Sequence record: SRR31156797_11137 | Strand: one strand, 5' to 3' | Length of the DNA: 37,493 bases | In this document: positions 27,023 through 36,225 of the stretch, one piece after another | How positions within the stretch are numbered: position 1 is the stretch's first letter | Layout: each line of letters opens with the position of its first letter | The notes under the pieces: generated by a model | What the model saw: the letters and a program-made list of their open reading frames with translations, nothing else | Databases searched by the model: none | What the model was told of the DNA's origin: nothing | Program-made: the position numbers and the translations under genes

Positions 27023-28564
27023 CTAATACAGATCCCAATGCTGGTTTTGAATGCGTTCAATACAGGTTCTTAAATCCGTCTCTAATGGACGATCTTCGAT
27101 GACGAACTCAAACTCTTCCTGAACGGCTTTTACCATGGCTTTCAAGCTTGCGCTCATGTGAGTTTCGTCTAATTCGTTATGGCGCTTACGAAGTTCAATC
27201 GCTTGTACGGATGCGAGCAATGAGGCTGCAGCGACCTGTTCAGTTAATTGAAGTACCCGTAGACAGTCGCGAGCTGCGATGGTACCCATACTCACTTTAT
27301 CCTGATTGTGACACTCGGTAGAACGAGAGAACACACTGGCAGGCATCGTGTTTTTCAATGCTTCTGCTGTCCAGGCTGAAATACCAATTTGCACTGCTTT
27401 AAAACCGTGGTTAATCGGCTTACGTGCACCTTCAGCACCCGTCAGATTAAATGGCAGCCCGTTATTGAACTTGTAATCCATCAACTGAGCCATTTGACGG
27501 TCGAGTAGGTCTGCGAGGTTCGCAATACCCGTTTTAAGCGTATCCATTGCCATAGCAATATGGCCGCCGTAGAAATGCCCGCCGTGGAGAACTCGCTCGT
27601 TATCACCATCGATAATTGGGTTATCGTTGGCACTGTTTAACTCGTTTTCAATCAGTTGACGTAACCACGGAAGCGCATCTTGGACGGTACCAATAACATG
27701 AGGCGCGCAGCGTAAAGAGTAACGATCTTGTAAGCGGTCACTATTACGAGGCGGACGTTCTGCTTGGAGATCTGCACGAAGCCATGCTGCGATCTGTTGT
27801 TGCCCCGGATGAGGTTTTACCGCAAATAGCGCCTCATCAAAGTGGAAATCGTTGCCTTGCATACCAACGGAGACTAACGCAGTAATCTTGGTACAAAGCT
27901 GAGCAAGGTATTCGGCGCGCTGGAATGCCAGACAGGCTAGTGCTGTCATTACAGATGTTCCGTTCATCAACGCTAAGCCTTCTTTGGGCTTCAACTTGAT
28001 TGGTTTAATGCCCAGTTCAGCGAACACTTCTTGAGTTGAGCGAATCTCACCGTTGTATATCACTTCACGCTCGCCAATCAGTGTGGCGGCCACATAGGAG
28101 AGGGGCGTTAAATCGCCACTAGCACCGACCGATCCTTCTTGTGGAATGCGTGGTGCAATATCGTGATTGATCAGGTTAACAATTTGATTAAGCACATCAT
28201 GGGAAACGCCAGAAACACCTTGTGCTAAAGAACATAGGCGAGTGGCTAGCACTGCGCGGGATTGTTGGTGAGAAAGTACTTCTCCCAAACCACAGCCATG
28301 GAAGCGGGTTAAGTGCAGTGGAAGTTCTTCAACTAAGTTCGGCGGGATAGCCACCGTACATGAGTCGCCGTAACCGGTCGTCACGCCGTAAATGACACCT
28401 TCTTCTTTCAGTAGACGTTCCAAGAAAGCAACGCCACGGTCTATTTTTGCGGTGAATTCAGGCGATGAGTTCACGGATGCTGATGCACCCTGCGCGATAG
28501 ATACGACGTCTTCAATAGTCAGGCGATCCGCGCCGAACAGAATGTTATTGTTTGTCATTGTCAT
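27023..28564 (-). CDS. MIO-dependent aromatic amino acid ammonia-lyase (HAL/PAL/TAL family)
   Basis: IYGVTTGYG, MIO-forming GSVGASGDL, EGLALMNGT, QDRYSLRC, NDNP, HNQDKVSMG. Confidence 0.93.
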   Translation of the reverse strand: MTMTNNNILFGADRLTIEDVVSIAQGASASVNSSPEFTAKIDRGVAFLERLLKEEGVIYGVTTGYGDSCTVAIPPNLVEELPLHLTRFHGCGLGEVLSHQQSRAVLATRLCSLAQGVSGVSHDVLNQIVNLINHDIAPRIPQEGSVGASGDLTPLSYVAATLIGEREVIYNGEIRSTQEVFAELGIKPIKLKPKEGLALMNGTSVMTALACLAFQRAEYLAQLCTKITALVSVGMQGNDFHFDEALFAVKPHPGQQQIAAWLRADLQAERPPRNSDRLQDRYSLRCAPHVIGTVQDALPWLRQLIENELNSANDNPIIDGDNERVLHGGHFYGGHIAMAMDTLKTGIANLADLLDRQMAQLMDYKFNNGLPFNLTGAEGARKPINHGFKAVQIGISAWTAEALKNTMPASVFSRSTECHNQDKVSMGTIAARDCLRVLQLTEQVAAASLLASVQAIELRKRHNELDETHMSASLKAMVKAVQEEFEFVIEDRPLETDLRTCIERIQNQHWDLY

Positions 28565-30254
28565 GCTTAGTACTGAGTTCCCAAAAGTTGAAGAAGTTAT
28601 ACCATTGTAGTGGTGCTTTCATTGTGTAGTGTTGCAGTCGGTTTGCATACTGTTGAACGACTTGCTGAAGCGATTCTTGTCGAGTTGCTCGCGGTAAGGT
28701 GATGCCATCGCTAAAGTGTTCAAAATAAACGTCAAAGTGCGGTGTGCTTTGCGTTTCATCGCGCAGGCCAAAGATCAAATATACCGGCGCACTTAATACG
28801 GATGCCAGCATAAATGGTCCCTGCGGGAAGGGCGCTGGTTTACCTAGGAAATCAGCCCAAATAACGCGACTCTCTACGCTGGTGGAAGTGCGGTCACCGA
28901 CAATCACGACCCATTCTCCGCGCTCGATCATTTGCTGCAATAAAATCGCCGTATCAGGGCCGAGCTTGCTTACCTGAATAAGATTCAGCTCAGATTTTGG
29001 GTTTACCGCCTTCATCACAGCGTTAAAACGCTCGGCATGTTCAGTAAATACCAGAGCGTTTATTTTCAGGTGGGTGTGTCGGCGACTTAATGCGCGACAT
29101 AATTCGATATTACCTAAGTGAGAACCAAGCAATAGCACGCCACGTTTCTGCTCGATTAACGGTTCAAGAGTTTCCTGACCATGTATGGTCAGATTAGCAA
29201 CATTGATGTCTCCACGCCAAGCCGCAAGCTTATCTAGCATGGTTTCGCCAAAGGACAGCAAATGCTGATAGCTGGTCAGTTTCTTGGGTAATGGCAACTG
29301 ATGTTGTTGTGCATGTTCAACAACCTGCGTTAAGTATTGTTCAGAAGCTACTTTGGCTTGTTTCCCCGTTAGATAGTAGTAAGCCATCACTAACTTAAGG
29401 ATGAGCTGAAATACTTTTCTACCCAATAATTTATACACCGTCATCAATAATTTGATGCCAATGACGGTGCCTCGCTCTTGGCGCTTTGACCAATGCGCTT
29501 GTTTACTGTTGGACGAGCCTTTGCGTAACAGCAACTTTGGAATTCGCGGCAACATGCCAAAAAACAGACGGGTATGCATCCAACTGATTTTTACGTTGTC
29601 CCAAAGTGCGTCAAAATGAGAAATCCCATCTTCCGGATAGATGACACGTGTATCGATGAACTTAAATTGCACACCATTCCAGAACATACGGACAAAGATT
29701 TCAGTATCGAAATCCATCCTGCTGCCAACATCATGGTGATTAACCACTTCAATGGTTTCTTGAATCGGATAAGCACGAAAGCCACACATACTATCTTTGA
29801 TTTCTAGGGACAGGGTTTCTATCCAAACCCATATGTGGGTGACGTATCTTCCATATAAACGAGCTTTCGGCACACTTTCATCATAAACGGGTTGACCCGA
29901 AATGAGATGATGAGGGTGTTTTTTAGAAATATCGATAAGCTTAGGCAGAGCAGCAATATCATGCTGTCCATCTGCATCAATTTGAATCACATGGCTAAAC
30001 CCCAACCAGTGGGCATGCCGCATCCCAGTAATGACCGCCGCACCTTTACCTTGGTTTTTCGGCAGAGTAATCAGAGTTACATTATCGCGTTTCGCCGCTT
30101 GTTCGAGATGAAACTTGGTGTCGTTATTGCTGCCATCATCGACCAGCAATACCGGGAATTGAAAATCCGCCAGTGAGTCAATAACGTCAGCAACCGTTCC
30201 GCCATGGTTGTAGCAGGGAATCAGAAAACAAGGACGATAACCAAGCTTATTCAC
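28545..30254 (-). CDS. apeJ: GT2 glycosyltransferase fused to a lipid A acyltransferase-like domain
   Basis: N-terminal IPCYNH, VDDGS, DADGQH, DSMCGFR; C-terminal SHLGNIE, GDR, PLQWYNF. Confidence 0.87.
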   Translation of the reverse strand: MNKLGYRPCFLIPCYNHGGTVADVIDSLADFQFPVLLVDDGSNNDTKFHLEQAAKRDNVTLITLPKNQGKGAAVITGMRHAHWLGFSHVIQIDADGQHDIAALPKLIDISKKHPHHLISGQPVYDESVPKARLYGRYVTHIWVWIETLSLEIKDSMCGFRAYPIQETIEVVNHHDVGSRMDFDTEIFVRMFWNGVQFKFIDTRVIYPEDGISHFDALWDNVKISWMHTRLFFGMLPRIPKLLLRKGSSNSKQAHWSKRQERGTVIGIKLLMTVYKLLGRKVFQLILKLVMAYYYLTGKQAKVASEQYLTQVVEHAQQHQLPLPKKLTSYQHLLSFGETMLDKLAAWRGDINVANLTIHGQETLEPLIEQKRGVLLLGSHLGNIELCRALSRRHTHLKINALVFTEHAERFNAVMKAVNPKSELNLIQVSKLGPDTAILLQQMIERGEWVVIVGDRTSTSVESRVIWADFLGKPAPFPQGPFMLASVLSAPVYLIFGLRDETQSTPHFDVYFEHFSDGITLPRATRQESLQQVVQQYANRLQHYTMKAPLQWYNFFNFWELSTKHDNDKQ

Positions 30255-30618
30255 TCGCTTCTCCCAGTTTCATTTTGCCTGATGAATGAGTTACGGCTTG
30301 GCCATCTCTGTGAGATTGATAACTGAACGCCAGTTTGCTTTTACTCTTATCCCATACAAGGGTTAGTGTCACTTCAGCGTCGGGTAGGATAGGTTCCTGG
30401 AACTTAATGACTTCCATGCCTTTAAAGCTGGCAGGAGTGTGTAAATATTGGCAAGCGTAGAAAATCGCCCAATCAATTTGTGTAACGCCGGGCAATAGAG
30501 GGAAATGGGTAAAATGCCCATTAAAATCTTGGATATCTCTATCTACCTTTAGCGTCAGTAAGACTTGGTTTTCTGTTTGCTCGTGAGCCTGTAACGTCGG
30601 TTTTCTTTTAGCCATCAT
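30247..30618 (-). CDS. apeI: Hotdog-fold dehydratase subunit
   Basis: FNGHFTHFPLLPGVTQIDW, KFQEPILP. Confidence 0.85.
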   Translation of the reverse strand: MMAKRKPTLQAHEQTENQVLLTLKVDRDIQDFNGHFTHFPLLPGVTQIDWAIFYACQYLHTPASFKGMEVIKFQEPILPDAEVTLTLVWDKSKSKLAFSYQSHRDGQAVTHSSGKMKLGEASE

Positions 30619-30639
30619 ATTATCGGCGTTTTCTTCTTT

Positions 30640-32004
30640 TTATTGGAATAACTTCTCAAGTTCAACGATTTGGCGCTTTCCTTGACTGTTCAATGGAATT
30701 TCTTCTACCACTCTAAAGCGACGTGGTACGGCTATGGGTTCCAGCCATTGGCGCAATTCGTTACGTAAAAGCAGCCAAAACTTGCCTTTATCTAGCTGCG
30801 ATAGAGTGTTTTGACCTTCCTCAGCTAATACGATCGCTGCGCCAATAATTAAGCGTTCGCCTTCCTGAATGGGAATGGCTGCGCACTCGGTAATATACGG
30901 TAACTGTTCAACTCTTTTCTCTACTTCTACCAGCGATACACGTTTCTCTTCAACTTTAATGATGCGATCCGTGCGACCTTTCAAAATAAACTCGTTGCTA
31001 GAAACAAACTCGCATTCGTCAGCCGTTTGATACCAATTCTCTGGGTCAATATGTGGTGAACACAGTTTTAAGCACCGTTCTTGGTTTAATTGAGCTTCAA
31101 CCCCTGGGAACAAACACCATGGTACTTGTGGATCGAATTGCTGACGAAAAGCGATGCCTCCGGTTTCTGTACTGCCAAAAATTTCAATCGGTCTGGAGGC
31201 GAACAGCTCTTCGGCGTGAGTCGACGCTGTATGCGGTAGCGGCCCGCCTGATGAGAAGACAGAGCGGAGAGCCGTGGGTTGGTGCTCTTCGGTTAAACGT
31301 TTGAGTAGCGCGGGACTACTGATTAGAAGGGTATCTTTATCTGCATGGGCACAGATTTGTTCAGGAAACTCGAGGTTGTTGATCGCAAAAGGATTTCCAG
31401 AACATAAAGGCCACAATACTCTAAACAGCAAACCATAAATGTGCTGATGGGAAACCGTACTCTCGATACGGCTGTTAGTGATTTTATCACCCCACAGTGT
31501 GTGCAATATCGCAACTTCAACGTCTAACTGACTTAGCGTTTTATAAATCGCTTTAGGCGTACCACTGGAACCTGAGGTAAACATAATCAGTTTCACCTTG
31601 CTGGTGTCTAGTGGCGTAAAATTGCTTGCCTGAATGGAATTACGACTCTCAATGGCAAGAGTGGAAACGTTTCTTAAAGGCGCGATTTCCTGGTCACAAA
31701 TAAGCAGGTCAAATTGGGCGCTCAATTCTTCCAAAGCTTCAGGCTGATAGTTACCTGGCAGAACAATGGTTTTAGAAGCCTGACAAAGTGCAAAGAAGCC
31801 CACACTAAATAGGTAGCTATCCCTGGCGCACAGAGCAACATGCTCTGCTGATAAACCTGAGAGGACTTCCGAGTAGTATTGAACGTCGGACTGAAATTGT
31901 GACCATGTAATGTTGCGAATCCCGTCAAATGCAACCGTCGCTTCACCTCGTCGTTCGAGGAGCAGGTGGGAGAGAGAAACCAATGTGTTATTGCCGGATA
32001 TCAT
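30640..32004 (-). CDS. apeH: AMP-dependent acyl/aryl-ACP synthetase
   Basis: FTSGSSGTPK, IFGSTETGG, GRTDRIIK, PLNSQGK; start moved to ATG 32004 (ATGA overlap). Confidence 0.87.
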   Translation of the reverse strand: MISGNNTLVSLSHLLLERRGEATVAFDGIRNITWSQFQSDVQYYSEVLSGLSAEHVALCARDSYLFSVGFFALCQASKTIVLPGNYQPEALEELSAQFDLLICDQEIAPLRNVSTLAIESRNSIQASNFTPLDTSKVKLIMFTSGSSGTPKAIYKTLSQLDVEVAILHTLWGDKITNSRIESTVSHQHIYGLLFRVLWPLCSGNPFAINNLEFPEQICAHADKDTLLISSPALLKRLTEEHQPTALRSVFSSGGPLPHTASTHAEELFASRPIEIFGSTETGGIAFRQQFDPQVPWCLFPGVEAQLNQERCLKLCSPHIDPENWYQTADECEFVSSNEFILKGRTDRIIKVEEKRVSLVEVEKRVEQLPYITECAAIPIQEGERLIIGAAIVLAEEGQNTLSQLDKGKFWLLLRNELRQWLEPIAVPRRFRVVEEIPLNSQGKRQIVELEKLFQ

Positions 32005-32570
32005 TTGGTTGGTTCGTCCTTGCGTACAACTTGTCGCACTACCCACTCTATGGCAAATAATGCACCAATTAACAGATAACTGATTAAACCGTTATACAGT
32101 GTCCATACTTCCATGGACAAGAAACAGGTATAGAATGCTGTGAGTCCATTTAGTAGGAAAAACAGACACCAAACTTGTGTTACTTTTCTAGTATAACGAA
32201 TACCACTTTGTGGTAGCTCAGGCTCTTGAAGGCGAGCCAGTCGCTCAACAATGGTTTGCGGTTGCCTTAAACTATTCGCAAATACGATAAGCATGCAAGC
32301 ATTGACGGCAACCGGATAGAACAATAGCCATCCTTTACTGCGAAATACCACGCCTAAAACAATTAAAGTGATCCCAATGAGACCACTTGTTATCGCTAAT
32401 TGCTTGAATTCTTTTAGCTTTGTTTTACTTGCTGTCACTATCCGTAATACGAAAAGTACAGCAAGTATTATCCCCATGATGCTTAAACCGAATTTATCGA
32501 TTCCGTAATAGACCGCAAAAGGGTAAGCGAGTAGAACAATTGCAGACAGTATTGTCAGCAACTGACGCAT
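32001..32570 (-). CDS. apeG: Integral membrane protein (COG4648-like)
   Basis: Multiple TM helices, ERLARL, YTRKVTQVW, WTLYNGLISY; position after the ACPs. Confidence 0.78.
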   Translation of the reverse strand: MRQLLTILSAIVLLAYPFAVYYGIDKFGLSIMGIILAVLFVLRIVTASKTKLKEFKQLAITSGLIGITLIVLGVVFRSKGWLLFYPVAVNACMLIVFANSLRQPQTIVERLARLQEPELPQSGIRYTRKVTQVWCLFFLLNGLTAFYTCFLSMEVWTLYNGLISYLLIGALFAIEWVVRQVVRKDEPTK

Positions 32571-32827
32571 TAGGCGTCCTTCAATAGTTCATAGACCGAT
32601 TCGACAACGTCATTCACGGTACGAACCATTTTGAACTCTTCAGGTTTGATTTTCTTTCCAGTGACATTTTGTAGATGTACAACTAAGTCAACAGCATCAA
32701 TGCTATCTAAATCAAGGTCTTGGTATAAGTGAGCTTCTGCTTGAATATCTGCTTCGTCGATTTCAAAAAGCTCAACTAAAGCATCTTTAACCTGCTCAAA
32801 CACCTGTTGCTTATTTAATTCTGTCAT
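32570..32827 (-). CDS. apeF: Acyl carrier protein
   Basis: DLDLDSIDAVDL phosphopantetheinylation motif; acidic, 85 aa. Confidence 0.9.
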   Translation of the reverse strand: MTELNKQQVFEQVKDALVELFEIDEADIQAEAHLYQDLDLDSIDAVDLVVHLQNVTGKKIKPEEFKMVRTVNDVVESVYELLKDA

Positions 32828-32843
32828 AATCTTTTTCTACAAA

Positions 32844-33104
32844 TTAGTTACTAGTTTGAGATGAAATATACGCCGCTAAGTTAGCGACAGACGCAAAGTG
32901 TTGACGAGTATTTGAGTCGTCTGCGTCAATAACAATGTTATATTTCTTTTTGATTGCTAAGCCAAGTTCAAGTGCGTCAATCGAATCTAAACCTAGCCCG
33001 TCACCGAATAGTGGAGCTTCAGTTTCAATCTCCTCGACCGTCATATCTTCAAGATTTAATGCGTCGATGATCAACTGTTTAATTTCGTTATGTAGTACTT
33101 CCAC
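32844..33104 (-). CDS. apeE: Acyl carrier protein
   Basis: GLGLDSIDALEL; start GTG 33104 (or 33110). Confidence 0.9.
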   Translation of the reverse strand: MEVLHNEIKQLIIDALNLEDMTVEEIETEAPLFGDGLGLDSIDALELGLAIKKKYNIVIDADDSNTRQHFASVANLAAYISSQTSN

Positions 33105-33114
33105 TGGCACCTAC

Positions 33115-33882
33115 TTATTTGTTATTCGTTGGAAAAATAGCTTCAGCAAGGTGAGTATTAAGTCTTCTTGCTGCTGATGTTGGATTATTAGTTTGCTCTA
33201 TAAAGGGCATGACCTCAACTTTATCCTTAACCTCGATATGGAAAAAAGGGCGTTGATTAGGAACTTGGTACCATTTTTTCTGTTTGGTAAGGAAGCTCGG
33301 AGAAACCGAAATATGAACGATGCGTAAATCTCTCTTGGTACGAATGGCGATTTGTGCTGCACCTCGCTGGAGTTTAGAGGGAACTCCGGGTGTCGTTCGG
33401 GTTCCTTCTGGGAAAACCAGTAGAACATTGTCTCGTTCAAATCGTTGTTCGCACAAGTCTAACAAGTCGTCGGGAGTTTCGTTTGGGATATAGCCAGCCG
33501 CTTTGACAATGTGCTTCATAAAAGGGTTAGACCAAATGGCTGACTTAACTAAACAATCACACTGTTTGAGTTGAGAGGCGACCAGTACGTAGTCGATCAG
33601 GCTAGGATGATTGGCCACGATCAAACAGTTACGATCTTGAGCCAATATTTCTGCGCCATCGATTCGATAGTCAATCGCGCCTGTGAATTTCATCAGACGA
33701 CAAAACATATTGAAGGTAAACGCAATAACATGCTGAACGCGATACTCCCGTTTGAACGTATCGGAAGTGATTAAGCGTATAACAGGAATGATGATAAAGC
33801 TCAGCGTGAGTCCGCCTAATCCAAAGACTGTAAAACAGAACCCGGTTGCAAAGATGCGCCAATACTTGTTGATCGCATTCAT
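33115..33882 (-). CDS. apeD: PlsC-type phospholipid/glycerol acyltransferase
   Basis: NHPSLID (HX4D), FPEGTR; start moved to ATG 33882 (ATGA overlap). Confidence 0.88.
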   Translation of the reverse strand: MNAINKYWRIFATGFCFTVFGLGGLTLSFIIIPVIRLITSDTFKREYRVQHVIAFTFNMFCRLMKFTGAIDYRIDGAEILAQDRNCLIVANHPSLIDYVLVASQLKQCDCLVKSAIWSNPFMKHIVKAAGYIPNETPDDLLDLCEQRFERDNVLLVFPEGTRTTPGVPSKLQRGAAQIAIRTKRDLRIVHISVSPSFLTKQKKWYQVPNQRPFFHIEVKDKVEVMPFIEQTNNPTSAARRLNTHLAEAIFPTNNK

Positions 33883-34604
33883 GCCCGTTGCCATTCCCAA
33901 GAAGTCCGTTCGCCGTGTATTGTCCATTGCGTTTCGTTACGTAAATAGTGCGATAGAAAGCTTAAAGCTTGTGGTAATGGGTCGATATTATCGCTTTTCT
34001 CACTTTGTGCAACATGCCACGTATCACCTGTCGATAAAATGAGCCCTAATGCATATCCTTTAAACTGTCGATCTTCGAACTCGGCATAGTCTGCTGGCAG
34101 CGGTTCGTCGAAGTCGACAACCAGAACTTTTTTATTCGGTGATTCTTGCAGATAAATCCAGGCTTCGGTAATCGCACTTTGGAAAGTGTTTTCACCAGCA
34201 GCGATGGATGTTACGGGGATAGGCTTCTTGGTGGCGATGGTCGCAAGCCCTGCGGCGGTATTGTGCACCGATTGAGAAAAACTCATCGGTGAAGCCTCTT
34301 CACCTTTAATAATTTCTTTAATTAAGTCAGCACTGCGATGCAGTTCACCATGACGGCTTGAAAATACTAAATAATCGACGTCGTTATCCTGGAGTAGGGT
34401 TATTGCCGTTTGAACTGCAAGCTTACTTAGCTTACTCATTCTTCGGCGCATCATCGCGGGGATTAAATTAGCTTCTATACTGTCTGATTCAGGCCATTCT
34501 ATGTTTTGACACCACTCTTGCCATAATGAATCAGAATTGATTCCGATACTGTTGGCTGACCAGGAATCGATATTAAATGACATGAACTGCAAATGATTTG
34601 ACAT
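33879..34604 (-). CDS. apeC: Truncated ketosynthase-like chain length factor
   Basis: PAMMRRRMS, SRHGE, SPMSFSQSVHN, DEPLP; no catalytic Cys motif. Confidence 0.83.
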   Translation of the reverse strand: MSNHLQFMSFNIDSWSANSIGINSDSLWQEWCQNIEWPESDSIEANLIPAMMRRRMSKLSKLAVQTAITLLQDNDVDYLVFSSRHGELHRSADLIKEIIKGEEASPMSFSQSVHNTAAGLATIATKKPIPVTSIAAGENTFQSAITEAWIYLQESPNKKVLVVDFDEPLPADYAEFEDRQFKGYALGLILSTGDTWHVAQSEKSDNIDPLPQALSFLSHYLRNETQWTIHGERTSWEWQRA

Positions 34605-34677
34605 AAGATATTGATTTATTGTTGAGTGGACGAATAGTATGGTTACTTAAAACCCATAAACGAAGCAAGGAAATTTA

Positions 34678-35067
34678 ATGAAAGCGCTTAAAATTACTAT
34701 TTCACTGTTCTTTATTGCTTTACTCGCTGGTTGTGGACGAGTTCAGCCAATAATGAATGTAGAGAATACGCCAGTTGCCTATAATCTTCAAAGTGAAGAT
34801 GTGAAAGCGGCCATTATTGTTGCAGCAACCAATCGTGGTTGGGTTGTTACTGCGAGTGAACCAACGGAAATCACCGCAAGAATAGATTCTCGTGGTCACG
34901 TCGCCAATGTACGCATTCCTTACTCGGAAAAGTTTTACTCAATTATTTATGTTTCTTCCGCTAATTTAAAAGCTAGCGACGGTAACATTCACCGAAACTA
35001 CAATCGCTGGGTCAATAATCTCAACGCAGATATTCAAAAGCAGTTGGCTGTCGCGTCAGTAAAATAA
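34678..35067 (+). CDS. Small lipoprotein of unknown function
   Basis: Lipobox LAGC, RGW, IHRNYNRWVNNL; AAGGA RBS. Confidence 0.8.
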   Translation: MKALKITISLFFIALLAGCGRVQPIMNVENTPVAYNLQSEDVKAAIIVAATNRGWVVTASEPTEITARIDSRGHVANVRIPYSEKFYSIIYVSSANLKASDGNIHRNYNRWVNNLNADIQKQLAVASVK

Positions 35068-35076
35068 TCTTCAAAC

Positions 35077-35121
35077 CAGTGCCAGTAATGAGTGACATCA
35101 TTTGCTGGCACTGCTCTTTTC
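35077..35121 (+). terminator. Hairpin / probable leaky terminator after the lipoprotein
   Basis: CAGTGCCAG...CTGGCACTG stem followed by CTCTTTT. Confidence 0.55.
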
Positions 35122-35139
35122 ATTTAAGTGGTTTAATTC

Positions 35140-36210
35140 GTGTCTGAACAAAAACAAGATCCTTATAACGCTCTCGAAGCGAAAACTGAGGCGCAGAAGT
35201 TATCTTTTGCGCCGATTGTATTTCATACCGCACGTACTTTGCGTGATTTAGGTATTCTCACTGCTCTAGACCAAGCGGGAGAAACTGGAGCGAGTAGCGA
35301 ACAGTTAGCTGCTTCTACAGGTGTGTCTGAATATGGTGTGAAAGTTTTACTGGATATGGCCATTAGTGCGGATATCGTTTTGTGGGATAGGCCAAACTAC
35401 ATATTGGCTAACTTAGGTCACTTTATTTTGCATGATGGAATGACCAAAGCGAACATGGATTTTACTGCCGACGTTTGTTACGCCGCGATGATGCACTTAA
35501 CCGAATCGATTAAAGAAGGCAAGCCCGCAGGGTTAAAAGAACTTGGCGATTGGGAGACGATTTATCAGGGGCTTTCACGCCTTCCACAAAAAGCCAAAGA
35601 GAGCTGGTTCCAGTTCGATCATTTCTATTCCGATCGTTCTTTCCCAATTCTGCTACAGCATGTTTTCGCTTCAAAACCAAAAACATTGGTGGATATCGGT
35701 GGCAATACCGGTAAATGGGCGATGCAGTGCTGTAATTACGATCAAGATGTGCAAGTTACTATCGTTGATCTGCCTCAGCAGCTAGAAATGGCGATGAAGA
35801 ATGCTCAAGAGCACGGGTATGAAAGCCGCGTAAGTGGTTATCCGGCAAACATGTTAGATCGCAGTCAGTCTCTTCCTGAACAAGCGGATGTTTGGTGGAT
35901 GAGCCAGTTCCTCGACTGTTTTTCTCCGATGGAAATCCTGAGTATTTTGCAGCGAGTGAAAGCACAGCTAAAACCTGATTCAAAAGTGTATATCTTGGAG
36001 CTGTTCTGGGATGCACAAAAATACGATGCCGCGTCATACAGTTTGAATGCCACTTCTTTGTATTTTACTTGTTTAGCCAACGGTAATAGCCGTTTCTATC
36101 GCAGCGATGATTTCTTAGAAATTGTTGAGGCTGCAGGGCTGGAAGTGGTAGAGCGGACAGATAATATTGGTCTGGGACACACATTGTTAGAACTAAAAGC
36201 AAAGTCCTAA
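35140..36210 (+). CDS. SAM-dependent methyltransferase (O-methyltransferase fold; ApeB-like aryl methyltransferase)
   Basis: N-terminal dimerisation HTH, LVDIGGNTG, IVDLP, WMSQFLDCF; GTG start. Confidence 0.87.
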   Translation: MSEQKQDPYNALEAKTEAQKLSFAPIVFHTARTLRDLGILTALDQAGETGASSEQLAASTGVSEYGVKVLLDMAISADIVLWDRPNYILANLGHFILHDGMTKANMDFTADVCYAAMMHLTESIKEGKPAGLKELGDWETIYQGLSRLPQKAKESWFQFDHFYSDRSFPILLQHVFASKPKTLVDIGGNTGKWAMQCCNYDQDVQVTIVDLPQQLEMAMKNAQEHGYESRVSGYPANMLDRSQSLPEQADVWWMSQFLDCFSPMEILSILQRVKAQLKPDSKVYILELFWDAQKYDAASYSLNATSLYFTCLANGNSRFYRSDDFLEIVEAAGLEVVERTDNIGLGHTLLELKAKS

Positions 36211-36225
36211 GTTGAGATAAAAGTA

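Noticed and set aside
27023-28564. Calling the lyase hutH
   Set aside because: No hutU/I/G nearby, it is embedded in the ape operon, and its selectivity residues are not Ser-His.
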